Source of the DNA: an uncultured delta proteobacterium
GTDB taxonomy: Bacteria; Myxococcota_A; Polyangia; Palsa-1104
Direction of reading: 5' to 3'
Assembly: GCA_963785725.1 (NCBI GenBank)
Contig: CAWAWS010000007.1
Span: forward strand, 224,001-288,000
DNA: 64,000 nt
The position numbers and the translations under genes are program-made. Below the pieces are notes generated by a model, which was given only the letters and a program-made list of their open reading frames with translations, was not told the DNA's origin and did not search any database. How positions within the stretch are numbered: position 1 is the first letter of the stretch; the number at the start of each line of letters is the position of its first letter. Shown piece by piece: positions 1 to 10,933 of this stretch.

Positions 1-178
1 CGGCGAGCGGCGTGTCGAAGACGCGCTCGGCGCCGAACTCCTCGTACAGCCCGCTCGTGGCGCGGAAGACGCCGCCGAACTTGCCTACGTCCTCGCCGAG
101 CACGACGACGCGCGGATCTTTGCGCATCTGCAAGCGGAGCGCGTCGTTGACGGCCTGAATGATGTTCCAAACGGGCAT
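1..178 (-). CDS. 2-oxoacid (pyruvate/branched-chain) dehydrogenase E1 beta subunit, N-terminal part (runs off window)
   Basis: Manual translation from ATG at 178: [41 protein letters not shown]...[18 protein letters not shown] and DTP motifs; directly follows E1 alpha. Confidence 0.93.
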   Translation of the reverse strand, partial: MPVWNIIQAVNDALRLQMRKDPRVVVLGEDVGKFGGVFRATSGLYEEFGAERVFDTPLA

Positions 179-181
179 TCG

Positions 182-1369
182 CTAATGTCCTCCGTGACCC
201 GGTTTGGCGCGCGGCAACGCCAGCAGCTCCGCCTTTTGCTCGACGAGATGCGGCGGCAGCTCGGCGAAGACGTCGTCGAACAGCGTGTCGACATCGGGAT
301 TCTCGAGCTCGCCCGCCTGCTTTACCGCGACGGCAATCTCGTCCGTCAATTCGCCGACGAGCCGCTCGTGCAGCGCCTCGTTCCAGATGCCGCGCTGCTC
401 GAGGTGACGCCGCCAGCGCTCGAGCGGATCGTTCTGTTCCCACTTCTTCGGCTCGGCCGCGTCGCGATAGGCCGCCTGATCGTCCGCCGACGAATGCTCG
501 CCGCGACGATAGGTGACCGCTTCGATCAACGTCGGTCCGTGTCCGGCGCGCGCGCGCGCGACCGCGTCCTGCATGACCGCGATGACGGCGAGCAGATCGT
601 TGCCGTCGACGCGAATGCCCGGCATGCCGTACGCGTGCGCCTTGACGGCGATCGTCTTGGCGGCCGTCTGCTGGCTGCCCGGCGTCGAGATGGCCCAGCC
701 GTTGTTGCGGCAGAAGAAGATGCACGGCGCCTTGAAGACGTTGGCGAAGTTGAGCCCGACATGAAACTGCCCGGTCGAGGTCGCGCCTTCGCCGAAGTAG
801 ACGAGCGCGAGGTCGTCCTTCTTGGCGATCTTGGCGCCCATCGCCATGCCCGTCGCTTGCGGAATCTGTGTCCCGACCGGCGACGAGATCGACACGATAT
901 TCAGCCAATTAGCCGAGTGATGCACCGGCATCTGGCGACCTTTGATGGGATCGGCCGCGTTGCCGAACAGCTGATTGGTGTACTGCTCGATGCTGTAGCC
1001 GCGCCAAAAGAACACGCCCGGCTCGCGATACGACGGGAAGATCCAGTCGCGCGCCTCGAGCGCGTAGGCGCCGCCGAAGTGCGTGGCCTCTTCTCCCGTC
1101 GACGACATGTAAAAGCCGAGCCGGCCTTGGCGCTGCAGCTTCATCATGCGGTCGTCGACGAGCCGCACTTGCAGCATGCCGCGATAGAGCGCGAGCGCGG
1201 CCACGTCCGGCACGCTGGGCGCATCGGCGCCGGGACGAATCGAGCCGTCGTCCATAAGCAGCGAGAACAGCGGGGAATCTTCGCGATTCTCGGTGGCGCT
1301 CGGCGCTGGCTGTCCCTTCACCCGCATCGGCTCATTCCAGTCATGCCGTCGCGGTAGTAACTGCTCCAT
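182..1369 (-). CDS. 2-oxoacid (pyruvate/2-oxoisovalerate) dehydrogenase E1 alpha subunit, TPP-dependent
   Basis: LQRQGR, YRE, GRQMPVH, GEGATS...NN TPP motif, HSSADD loop; start could be a slightly downstream Met. Confidence 0.92.
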   Translation of the reverse strand: MEQLLPRRHDWNEPMRVKGQPAPSATENREDSPLFSLLMDDGSIRPGADAPSVPDVAALALYRGMLQVRLVDDRMMKLQRQGRLGFYMSSTGEEATHFGGAYALEARDWIFPSYREPGVFFWRGYSIEQYTNQLFGNAADPIKGRQMPVHHSANWLNIVSISSPVGTQIPQATGMAMGAKIAKKDDLALVYFGEGATSTGQFHVGLNFANVFKAPCIFFCRNNGWAISTPGSQQTAAKTIAVKAHAYGMPGIRVDGNDLLAVIAVMQDAVARARAGHGPTLIEAVTYRRGEHSSADDQAAYRDAAEPKKWEQNDPLERWRRHLEQRGIWNEALHERLVGELTDEIAVAVKQAGELENPDVDTLFDDVFAELPPHLVEQKAELLALPRAKPGHGGH

Positions 1370-1419
1370 AGTCTTAAGTCAAGGCGACAAGCGCCGATAA
1401 AGATTGCGCATTGCGTTAG

Positions 1420-2110
1420 CTACGGCGACGGGTAGCAAGTCGCGTCGAGGAGCTCGGGACGATACTCGAAATGCATGGTGTCGAAGTGGCTCCAGCGACC
1501 GCCCCAAATGAATCCTTCGGCCTCGAACGCGTCGACGATCGCCTGCGGGATCTGGTTGCGCCAGCCGTTCTTCTCCCAGCGCCAGTAGTTGCTCAGCGCC
1601 GGGTTGATGTCGATGGCGATGCCCCACGAGTGCGCGCTCGGCCGATCGGTGCCGGCGATGTTGCGCTCGTTGAGCGTGCCGCCGAGCTTCGCCAGAAACG
1701 GGCGCAGCGTGGGGTCGGCTTCCTGCGCCTTTTGCAGCCGCGCCGCGACGCGCGCGAACGCCGGCGCCGCGCGCTCGTGCACTTGCGCTTTGTGGCCGAG
1801 AAAATCGACCCGAACAATTCCTGTCTTGGGGCCGCGCTTGGGATACGCCGCGCGCAAGAGCGGATCGAGCCGCACGCGACCGGGATCCCAATCGGCGACG
1901 GTCACGGGCGCGATCGGTCCCGGCTGATAGCGCTGCAGGAACAGGTCGGCGACGTCGGGATGCTCGAGCCGCTCGTCGGCCGTCTTCGTCAGCCCGTCGT
2001 GCAGTGGGAGCTTGGTGCCGTCGGGCAGCTGCAGCGCGTCCGGCAGCGCGGTCACGCCGTAATAGCGCGCCAGACAGGCGAGCGGCGCCGGGATCGTCGC
2101 CTCATTCACG
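1420..2110 (-). CDS. M15 family metallopeptidase (D-Ala-D-Ala/L-Ala-D-Glu type)
   Basis: SAHSWGIAIDIN and WGGRWSHFDTMHFEYRPEL motifs; start uncertain (ORF track extends to 2163). Confidence 0.85.
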
Positions 2111-2161
2111 ACGCCGGGAAGCAAAAGCCAGCCGCGCAGTATCAATGATATCGTGACCACC

Positions 2162-3160
2162 ATGAGCCGTGCCCTCGTCGTTGCGTGTGCGCTGGGCTTT
2201 ACGACTGCCGCGGCGCGCGCGGAGCAACCTTATACGCCGGCGCCGGTGGAATCCGTGCCCGGCTATTTCGCGCTGCCGATGCCGTGCAAGATCAGCGAAG
2301 GCAACGAGCGGCAAGTCGTCGAGTGCAAAGATCAGCTGCTCGAGAAGAAGTCGCTGCGCGAGCTGTCGATCGCGCGCAATACGATCTACGCGCGTTACGG
2401 CTGGGACGGCTATCGCAAGCCGTGGCTGCGCGAGTATTTCCACGCGCAGCCGTGGTTCAAGCCGAACCCGAAGTTCAGCTACAAGCAGCTGAGCGACTTC
2501 GATCGCAAGAACGCGCACTTCATCGGCGTACGCGAGCAGTCGCTGGGCTCGACGGAGCTGTATCACATGCGCGACGACATCTACGCGCATTACGGCCGCA
2601 TCTGGGACGACTTGCCGGAGTGGACGCTCAAGAACGGCAAGGTCGTGCGCGCGTGCGATCGGCCGGACGACATCGACCCGAGCGCCGGTTACAACGACGA
2701 GGATCAGCCGAGCCGGCAGTGCGAGTACCTGCAGACGAAGTGGTACAAGCCGAACAAGCACTATTCGCCCGATCAGATCTCGGCCACCGACAAGATCGAG
2801 CTCGGCCTCATCGCGCGGGCGATGGGCGAGTTCGCGCTCGACGAGCAGGCGCGCGGCAAGAGCGAGGCGTCACTCGATCGGCTGCTGACGCTGACCGAGC
2901 TCCGGCAGCTGTCGTTGCGCGATCTGCGGCTCCTGCGCAACACGATCTACGCGCGCCGCGGTCGCCCGTTCAAGTCCGAGGTCATTCGCGATCACTTCAA
3001 GGGCATGGATTGGTACAAGGCTCGCGCCGACTACAACGACAAGCTGTTGAGCGCCAATGACGTCCGCAACATCGGCCTCATCAAGACCGTCGAGAACGAG
3101 CTGGGCGGGCCGCTCACCGACGAGGATTGGCTGACCGAGCCAGTCAGCGACGGCGCTTGA
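2162..3160 (+). CDS. Secreted YARHG-domain protein with three YARHG-like motifs
   Basis: Signal peptide; RNTIYARYG, RDDIYAHYG, RNTIYARRG; TATCGT -10-like box 7 nt before ATG 2162. Confidence 0.82.
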   Translation: MSRALVVACALGFTTAAARAEQPYTPAPVESVPGYFALPMPCKISEGNERQVVECKDQLLEKKSLRELSIARNTIYARYGWDGYRKPWLREYFHAQPWFKPNPKFSYKQLSDFDRKNAHFIGVREQSLGSTELYHMRDDIYAHYGRIWDDLPEWTLKNGKVVRACDRPDDIDPSAGYNDEDQPSRQCEYLQTKWYKPNKHYSPDQISATDKIELGLIARAMGEFALDEQARGKSEASLDRLLTLTELRQLSLRDLRLLRNTIYARRGRPFKSEVIRDHFKGMDWYKARADYNDKLLSANDVRNIGLIKTVENELGGPLTDEDWLTEPVSDGA

Positions 3161-3196
3161 TGAGCGCCAACCGCTCCGTGTGAGCGGCTCGTGAAG

Positions 3197-4111
3197 TCAG
3201 CGTAAGCGAAGGCGATCGCCGTCGCCTGCATGTTCGATCGTCACGTCGCTGCCGAGATCGTGCGACAGCTGCAGGAGGAGCGCGGTCAAGCCGGGGTCGT
3301 GCGCGCGGCGCGGCGGCTGGCCGAGGCCGGCCACGAGCGGCGTCAGCGTGACGTCACGCGCGGCGCCGTCGCCGTCGAGCGCGAAGTCGAGCATGACGGC
3401 GTCGCTGACGTCGGTGCACGCGCAGCCGAAGGCGAAGTTGCCGAGCGAGTAGGCGATGACGGCGCGGCCGCGGCGTTCGATCCCTTGCGCCGTGTGCGGG
3501 CCGTGGCCGATGACGGCGCTGGCGCCGGCGTCGACGAGCCGCGCGGCCAAGCGGCGCTGGGCGTCGTCGGGCACGTAGAGGCCGGTGTGACCCCAATGCA
3601 GCGACACGAGCGTCGGTCGCGCGGCGTGCGCGACGGCGGCGACGAGCGCGTCGGCCGCGGCGTCATCCAGCGGCGCCTCGGGCGCGAATTGGCGGGTGAT
3701 GATGGTGACGCGCCGGCCGCGCCGAACGATGACGGCGTCGCGGCTTTCGTAAGCCGCGGCGACGCCGGCTCGGGCGAGCGCGCGCACGGTGTCGTCGCGG
3801 CCGGCGGCGCCCTGGTCGAGCGCGTGATTGTTGGCGAGCGCCACGACATCGACGCGCTCACGCAGCCACTCGGCACGCTCGGGCGCAAACACAAAGCAAT
3901 CGTCGGCGCCCGAGCCGACCGACCGGCGCGTCGTCAGCGGGCCTTCCAGGTTCACGAAACGAACGTCACCGACGAGTAGGCGTTCGGCGAACGGCGACGT
4001 CGTCAACGTCGGGCCCAGCTGCACGTCGCCCGCGGCCGCGACGTGCAGCGGCTTGGCCGCGCAACCGGCGACGGCGAGCGCCATCGTGCAGGCGATCGAT
4101 GCTATGGTCAC
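3197..4111 (-). CDS. CapA family (PGA_cap) metallophosphoesterase-fold lipoprotein
   Basis: AAGDV, NLEGP, LANNHALDQG, SLHWG, GHGPH, YSLGNF motifs; lipobox-like VAGC; start 4111 (GTG) or 4084 (ATG). Confidence 0.85.
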   Translation of the reverse strand: MTIASIACTMALAVAGCAAKPLHVAAAGDVQLGPTLTTSPFAERLLVGDVRFVNLEGPLTTRRSVGSGADDCFVFAPERAEWLRERVDVVALANNHALDQGAAGRDDTVRALARAGVAAAYESRDAVIVRRGRRVTIITRQFAPEAPLDDAAADALVAAVAHAARPTLVSLHWGHTGLYVPDDAQRRLAARLVDAGASAVIGHGPHTAQGIERRGRAVIAYSLGNFAFGCACTDVSDAVMLDFALDGDGAARDVTLTPLVAGLGQPPRRAHDPGLTALLLQLSHDLGSDVTIEHAGDGDRLRLR

Positions 4112-4117
4112 GACGCG

Positions 4118-4693
4118 ATGGAGCTCATCGTTCTCGGCTTGGTCGCCGGCATCGGCTTCGCGTCCTACGCGCTCTGGCAAAAGGCGCGCAAGGACGAGGG
4201 CGAGGCGTTGACCGCCGAGAAGAAGCGGCTGCAAGCGCCCGCCGATCGCTCGCCGACGACGATGCAAGTGGGCGACGTCGTCCAGCACCTCGGCAGCGAC
4301 TTCGTCGTCGAGGGCATCGTCACCTTCAGCGAAGACGGCCACGGCGCGCGGCTCTATCGCATGTTCGACGGCGGCGGCGAGCGCTTCTTGTTCGCCAAGC
4401 CCGGCGGCGGCGACCCGCTCTTGCTCGGCCCGGCGGTCATCGCCATCGACGGCGACCCGCCCGAAGCGCTCAGCCACGACGGCGGTGCCTACCGCTTGAC
4501 CGCGCGCATGCAGGGCTCGGCCATCCGCGTCGGTCAGCTCGGCGCGCGCAAGCCGGGCGACAAAGCGCGCCTCTTCGAATACGCCGGTCCCGGCCCGGCG
4601 CGGCTCCTCCTCGTCGACTGGGGCGAGCGCGTCGAAGCCTTCGCCGGCGAGCGCATCTTGACCCACGCGCTCGACATCCTCCCCGGCCGCTGA
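4118..4693 (+). CDS. Membrane-anchored protein, DUF4178-like
   Basis: N-terminal TM helix MELIVLGLVAG..., then 'MQVGDVVQHLGSDFVVEG' pattern. Confidence 0.55.
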   Translation: MELIVLGLVAGIGFASYALWQKARKDEGEALTAEKKRLQAPADRSPTTMQVGDVVQHLGSDFVVEGIVTFSEDGHGARLYRMFDGGGERFLFAKPGGGDPLLLGPAVIAIDGDPPEALSHDGGAYRLTARMQGSAIRVGQLGARKPGDKARLFEYAGPGPARLLLVDWGERVEAFAGERILTHALDILPGR

Positions 4694-4699
4694 CGTCCG

Positions 4700-5215
4700 T
4701 CAGCGCGGCCGGTTGGGTCCGCCGACGAGATGCAGCTCCAGCTCGTTGTAAGCCTGGGTCAGCGACATCGTCAGCTGCGTCGCCGTCTTGTGCTTCTGCG
4801 GATTGCCGATGTGCAGGTCGGGATGATATTTGCGCATCAGCCGGCGAAACGACGTCTTCACCTCGGCAAACGGCGCGCCGTACGGCGTCTCCAGCTGCGC
4901 ATAGAGCTCGCGCAGCCGCTTGTCCGAGGGCCCGAAGCCGAACCCGAACGACGGCGGGATCTTCCGCTGTTGCTGCTGCTGCCGCGGTGGCGGCGCCGTG
5001 CCGTTGGCCGCGCCGCGCGCCCGGGCCGTGTCGGCCGCGCGCTGCGCCGCCGCGCGCTCTTCGTCCTCGCGCCGCCGGCGCTCGCGCCGCCGCTGCAGCT
5101 CGGCCTCGAGCTCGTCGTCGCTCAAGTCGCCGATCGACGTCTCGCCGCCCGCCTTGTCGAGCAGCGCGTTCAAATTCGAGCGCGCCAGATCGAAGATGCG
5201 CTTGCTCAAGCTCAT
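4700..5215 (-). CDS. J-domain (DnaJ-like) protein with N-terminal coiled coil
   Basis: C-terminal RRLMRKYHPD motif; ATGA overlap with upstream PilZ gene. Confidence 0.85.
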   Translation of the reverse strand: MSLSKRIFDLARSNLNALLDKAGGETSIGDLSDDELEAELQRRRERRRREDEERAAAQRAADTARARGAANGTAPPPRQQQQQRKIPPSFGFGFGPSDKRLRELYAQLETPYGAPFAEVKTSFRRLMRKYHPDLHIGNPQKHKTATQLTMSLTQAYNELELHLVGGPNRPR

Positions 5216-5576
5216 CGGCGCGAGCTCGCAGCCGACGACATCGTCACCGTCGTGCGCTCGATGCGCTCTTTGACCGCCCGGCCGATCAGCTTGACCGACT
5301 CCGGCGACAGCCCGCGAAACGCGACGCCCATGCCGAGCGGCCGCTGACTGCAGCGCACCACCTCGCCCGCCGCCTCGACGACGTGCAGCTCGTCGAGGAT
5401 CAGGCTGAACTTCAAATTCACCCGCGTCCCCACCGGCAGCGGATCCTTGGACTTGATGAACACGCCCGTCGACGAGATATCGGCCACATACTCGTTGATG
5501 TACGCTTCCACCGGCGCGAACTCCTCGTTGATGGGTACGCGCCTCGCCCGCGGAATCTGCCTCGGCGGGGACTCTT

Positions 5577-5580
<4 letters not shown>
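5212..5580 (-). CDS. Stand-alone PilZ domain protein (myxobacterial TIGR02266-like)
   Basis: RQIPR (RxxxR), DISSTG, GVFI...PLPVGTRV, GEVVR..GMGVAF; GTGA overlap with rng stop. Confidence 0.85.
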
Positions 5581-7146
<1,566 letters not shown>

Positions 7147-7310
7147 GTTTCATCCAATCTCTAGAAGCAGAGTCTATGCAAAAAGTTTCGCGCCCCATCG
7201 TGAATCAGGACTCGGATGTCAGAGCGATCGGAGGGCGCAACCGTGATCGCCCTATTCGGGTAACACGTTAAGCCGCGTCGAACAAGCGTTTTACCGTCTT
7301 CGCCGTAGGG

Positions 7311-7326
7311 TGGCACATGCGTTGCT
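7311..7326 (+). promoter_or_regulatory. sigma54 (-24/-12) promoter
   Basis: TGGCACATGCGTTGCT matches TGGCAC-N5-TTGCW with exact GG/GC spacing. Confidence 0.72.
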
Positions 7327-7336
7327 CTACACCCTG

Positions 7337-7501
7337 GCAATTGCAGCTTCGTTCGGGCGTTATTCTCGACTAACTCCGCCCGGGCGTAAGCGAATTCTTA
7401 GCCGCAGTCGCGTAGCAGCAACCTGCGATCTATTTCCTAGTTTGCTTTCTAGTTTGGGAGCCCTGGCGGGTCGGACCACTCGCCGGGGCTCACTCATTTT
7501 T
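7337..7501 (+). ncRNA. Candidate structured small RNA
   Basis: No ATG between sigma54 promoter and terminator; stem-loops at ~7347-7391, ~7408-7428 and 7458-7491. Confidence 0.5.
7458..7501 (+). terminator. Rho-independent terminator-like hairpin
   Basis: GAGCCCTGGCG...CGCCGGGGCTC followed by ACTCATTTTT. Confidence 0.6.
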
Positions 7502-7544
7502 GGGGCTCGCGTTTGTGCCGCGGCTTGATAAGGTCCGCGGCCAC

Positions 7545-8513
7545 ATGCGAATCCTTCTGACTGGCGCGACCGGCTTTGTGGGCTCGCACGTGGCGCGGGC
7601 ATTGGTGGCGGCGGGGCATCAGGTTCGCGCGCTGGCGCGGCCGACGTCTTCGCGGGCGCTGCTCGACGACGTGCCCGAGCTCGAGTGGGTGACCGGCGAC
7701 GTCATGGACTCGCCGTCGCTGACGGCGGCCGTGCGCGATCGCGAGGCGGTGGTGCACGCGGCGGCGGTCGTCGGCTTCTCGCCGCGCGCGGCCGAGCGGC
7801 AGCGCGCCATCAACGTCGAAGGCACGCGCCGCCTCATCGACGCGGCCAAAGCGGCGGGCGTGCAGCGCTTCGTGCACACGTCGTCGGTGTCGGCGGTCGG
7901 CAAGACGCCCGAAGGCTCGATCTCCGACGAGACGGCGCGCTACGACTGGCCGCCGGGCATGCCCTACAACGAGACCAAGCGCGACTCCGAGCGGCTGGTG
8001 CAGAAGACCGAAGGGCTGACGACGATCTGCTTGAGCCCGGCCTTGGTGTTCGGCCCCGGCGACGTCTTCAAGCGCACGCTGGGCCTGTTTCGGCTGGTGA
8101 AGTGGGGCCTATTGCCGGTCGTGCCGCCGGGCGGAACGACGATCTGCGACGTGCGCGACGTGGCCGAAGCGCACGTGAGCGCGCTGACGCAGGGAGAATC
8201 GGGCCAGCGCTACATTCTCGGCGGTCCGCACCTGACGTTCCGCCAGCTGGCGACGACGGTGGCGGAAGTGACCGGCGGGGCGCGGCCGTTGGCGGCGTTG
8301 CCGGCGAGCGTCGTGCACGCCGTCGAGGTGCCGCTGGCGGCGATCGGGCGCTTCTTGCCGCTGCCCGTCGGCGTCGGCACGCTCGAATATCTGACGAACT
8401 TCGGCTATTACGCGTCGGCGAAGGCGGAAGCGGCGCTCGGCTATCGCACGCGCGCCGCCGCCGAGACGCTCGCCGATTCCGCGCGCTGGTACGGCGCGCA
8501 AGGCGTGCTGTAA
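7545..8513 (+). CDS. NAD-dependent epimerase/dehydratase (extended SDR, HpnA/dihydroflavonol reductase-like)
   Basis: TGATGFVG, HAAA, HTSS, YNETK (YxxxK). Confidence 0.88.
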   Translation: MRILLTGATGFVGSHVARALVAAGHQVRALARPTSSRALLDDVPELEWVTGDVMDSPSLTAAVRDREAVVHAAAVVGFSPRAAERQRAINVEGTRRLIDAAKAAGVQRFVHTSSVSAVGKTPEGSISDETARYDWPPGMPYNETKRDSERLVQKTEGLTTICLSPALVFGPGDVFKRTLGLFRLVKWGLLPVVPPGGTTICDVRDVAEAHVSALTQGESGQRYILGGPHLTFRQLATTVAEVTGGARPLAALPASVVHAVEVPLAAIGRFLPLPVGVGTLEYLTNFGYYASAKAEAALGYRTRAAAETLADSARWYGAQGVL

Positions 8514-8514
8514 A

Positions 8515-8961
8515 TCAGTGGCTTTGGCCGAGGCGCGTCAGTAGGACGAGCGCGCCCGACACGAGCGCGACGGCGATGCCGCTGAACAGCACGTCGTGCG
8601 GATCGGCGTGCGTCTCGAGACGCTCGAGGAACGACACCGCCATCGCCAAGATCACGATGCCGGCCACCTTCGCCTTCAGCGCGTCGAGGTCGCGAATGAC
8701 GAGCCAGCTCGGCAGCGCGATGTCGCCGATGAACAGCTCGTAGAGCCCGAGCGCGAAGATGAGCAGGCCCGACGCGATCAAGAACGCGTCCATGACGGCG
8801 ACGAGCGCGACCGCCATGCTGTCGACTTCGCCGTGGAGGAGCAGGAAGAGCACGGCGACCGTCTTGTAGCTGCCCCAGCCGAAAGCGGCCAGCGCGGCCA
8901 CGAGGCCGAAGACGACGCCGATGAGGGCGATGTAGCGAACAGAGGCGATGACGCGTCCCAT
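8515..8961 (-). CDS. YqhA/UPF0114 family membrane protein
   Basis: Four TM segments; D.FLI...IFALGLYELFI, WLVI.DLD.LKAK pattern. Confidence 0.8.
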   Translation of the reverse strand: MGRVIASVRYIALIGVVFGLVAALAAFGWGSYKTVAVLFLLLHGEVDSMAVALVAVMDAFLIASGLLIFALGLYELFIGDIALPSWLVIRDLDALKAKVAGIVILAMAVSFLERLETHADPHDVLFSGIAVALVSGALVLLTRLGQSH

Positions 8962-9031
8962 GCGCGTTCAGCCTAAGCTTGGATTGTGGCGGGGGCTACT
9001 TTCGCGGGCGGATGTTTCGGGAATCGCGGGA

Positions 9032-10843
9032 TTACTTGCGCAGCGAGACGTAGCCGGCGCCGATGGACGCCAGCGCGTTCATCGCCAGCCAGATCGCCGG
9101 AATGGCGACGGTGCCGGCGATGAGCGCGAACGCCAAGTGCGCGCCGACGCCGAGCGCGAAGCCGGCCGCGATGCGCCGTCCGCGCGTCGAGCCGTAGAGC
9201 AGCAGCATCGCCGACAGCGGCGCCAGCGCCGAATGGAACAGCCACGCACCGGGCGTGCCGAGGACCGCCGGCTCCCACGCCGGGAAGCCGTGCGCCAAGA
9301 TCGCGGCCGCCGGCAGGTGAATCAGCTGCGGCAAGAAGAAGAGACCGCTGGCGCCGACGACGAGCGCGCCGAAGCCGCCCGCGCCAAGACCCAGCGCCAG
9401 CATGCCCAACCGACGCAGCCGCAGCATGAGGAGCGCCGCCAGACCGAGCGCGCCCGCCAACTCCAGCCCGCCGTAACCGAGCTGCGCCTTCTTGACCGCC
9501 GCCGCCGCGTCGACGATGCCGGCGCCGTAGCGGTTCTGCTTGTCCTTGGGCGCGATCTTCGGCTGCCGCGCCGTGTCCTTCAGGATCTTCTCGACCGCGT
9601 CCGGATCGGTCACGCCCTGTCCGACGACGAGCGCGGCCACGCCGGCGATGTGCGGCGACGCCATCGACGTGCCCATGAACCACAAGTAGTCGTTCCGCGA
9701 GATGTCGCCGGGGACGATCGTGTTCTGCAGGACGCCGTCGGGCTGACCGTCGCCGTTCTGGTCGACGCGGGTGTTGCCGCCCGGCGCCGCGATGTCGATC
9801 TCTTTGCCCCAGTTCGAGTAGAAGGTCGTCGTCTCGTCGAACTGCGTGGAGGCGACGGCGATGGCGTGCGGATAGGCCGCCGGGTAGCTGACCTTGCCGC
9901 GGCCGTCGTTGCCGGCGGCGCAGACGACGACGACGCCTTTGTCGTGCGCGTATTTGACGGCTTTGGCGAGCACCGACGAGGCCATCGGACCGCCGAGCGA
10001 CATGTTGATGACCTTGGCGCCGTGATCGGCGGCCCAGCGGATGCCGTTGGCGATGCCGCTCACCGAGCCCGAGCCGCGCGCCGAGAGCACCTTGATCGGC
10101 ATGATCTTGGCGTGGAACGCGACGCCGGCGACGCCGATGCCGTTGTGCGTCGACTGCGCGATGGTGCCCGCGACGTGCGTGCCGTGGCCGTGATCGTCGG
10201 CGGCGTTGGCGGTGTCGTTGACGAAGTTCCAGCCGCCGATGATCTGTCCGTCGGCGAGATCGGGCACCTTGGCGACGCCGGTGTCGATGACGGCGACGAT
10301 GACGCCGTCGCCCTGCGCCGCTTTCCAGGTGTCGACCATGTGGATCTGGTGCAAGTGCCACTGCTGGTTGAAGCGCGGATCGTTGGGGAAGTCCTTGTGC
10401 TGCACGACGTTGTCGCCGTCGGCGATGGCTTCGTCGGCGGCGTCGAGCGCGTCCTCGGGCAGGCCGTAGACGAACTCGAAGTCGGCGGCCTCGACGTCGC
10501 TGTTGGCGCGCAGCGTGGCCAAGACGCGCGCGGCGTCGCCGGTCGCGACGGTGTAGATCTCGTTGACGTCGACTTCGCTCTTGGCGGCCGGCGTGAAGGT
10601 CACGCCCAGCTGCTTACCGAGCGCCGCGATGCGGTCGTGCGGCTCGTCGTCGCGGAAGTCGACGACCAGCTCGCCCGGAATGGCGTTGGCAGCGCCTTCG
10701 TCGTCGAGCTGCGCGACGGGGACGACGTCAGTGTGGTTGGACGTTAGGGCCTGGTCTCGTCCGCGGCGCGATCGCCACACGAGCGCCAAGCCGACGAGGA
10801 TCAACAGCACGATCAGACGCGTGGTGCGGGTCTTCTTGAGCAC
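9032..10843 (-). CDS. S8 (subtilisin-like) serine peptidase with C-terminal multi-TM region
   Basis: VIDTG, HGTHVAG, GTSMASP triad; AAGN; GGAGG SD; hydrophobic C-terminus. Confidence 0.92.
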   Translation of the reverse strand: MLKKTRTTRLIVLLILVGLALVWRSRRGRDQALTSNHTDVVPVAQLDDEGAANAIPGELVVDFRDDEPHDRIAALGKQLGVTFTPAAKSEVDVNEIYTVATGDAARVLATLRANSDVEAADFEFVYGLPEDALDAADEAIADGDNVVQHKDFPNDPRFNQQWHLHQIHMVDTWKAAQGDGVIVAVIDTGVAKVPDLADGQIIGGWNFVNDTANAADDHGHGTHVAGTIAQSTHNGIGVAGVAFHAKIMPIKVLSARGSGSVSGIANGIRWAADHGAKVINMSLGGPMASSVLAKAVKYAHDKGVVVVCAAGNDGRGKVSYPAAYPHAIAVASTQFDETTTFYSNWGKEIDIAAPGGNTRVDQNGDGQPDGVLQNTIVPGDISRNDYLWFMGTSMASPHIAGVAALVVGQGVTDPDAVEKILKDTARQPKIAPKDKQNRYGAGIVDAAAAVKKAQLGYGGLELAGALGLAALLMLRLRRLGMLALGLGAGGFGALVVGASGLFFLPQLIHLPAAAILAHGFPAWEPAVLGTPGAWLFHSALAPLSAMLLLYGSTRGRRIAAGFALGVGAHLAFALIAGTVAIPAIWLAMNALASIGAGYVSLRK

Positions 10844-10933
10844 GACAGGCCTCCGCTATCTCGATTATATACGCCGTTTCCCAGCCGCGCCTCCCCCATT
10901 TGGCTGGTTTGGAGAGGCATGGCGCACGTTTGC

